Sequence record: PZ386955.1 | Strand: one strand, 5' to 3' | From: a phage | Length of the DNA: 64,000 nucleotides | In this document: piece after piece, positions 63,969 to 64,000 of the stretch | Position numbering within the stretch: the first letter of the stretch is position 1 | Layout of the letters: the number at the start of each line of letters is the position of its first letter | Translations under genes and position numbers: made by a program | Notes under the pieces: model-generated | Databases searched by the model: none | What the model was told of the DNA's origin: nothing | The model's input: the letters and a program-made list of their open reading frames with translations, nothing else

Positions 63969-64000
63969 CTACACTCTCCTTCAATTGTTCAATAGCATCT

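Overview
This window reads as a densely coded fragment of a virulent T4-like myophage genome, not a bacterial chromosome. The call rests on by-eye similarity to T4 lysozyme e, thymidine kinase, class Ia NrdA/NrdB and PhoH, plus many early-promoter/stem-loop (PeSL-type) cassettes; no search could be run. The genes form four strand blocks: 1-9461 minus, 9580-13743 plus, a 'hyperplastic' plus block 15.1-25.2 kb of small ORFs each behind its own promoter and GC stem-loop, then an early plus block 26.9-39.6 kb, and a minus block 39.7-64.0 kb. The last block carries a nucleotide-metabolism cluster (nrdA, nrdB, thyX, tk, glutaredoxin) with an embedded dTDP-rhamnose pathway (rmlB-A-C-D), lysozyme, PhoH, an HslV-like peptidase, Dam-like and Dcm-like methyltransferases, a serine recombinase, a PPP-type phosphatase, a DprA/SLOG-like protein and a Zn-less CobB-like sirtuin. 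The strongest candidates for undescribed systems are (i) an AAA-type ATPase/Zn-ribbon/GIY-YIG-like fusion co-transcribed with a NADAR protein, (ii) the self-contained acidic-protein + sirtuin cassette, (iii) the phage-borne rmlBACD set, and (iv) a 1.7-kb non-coding region with Fur-box-like motifs and nested inverted repeats. No tRNA, rRNA or CRISPR array was found. All functional calls are from motifs recognised by eye. ORFs absent from the supplied track and all promoter, hairpin, terminator and repeat coordinates are approximate (about +/-2 nt).
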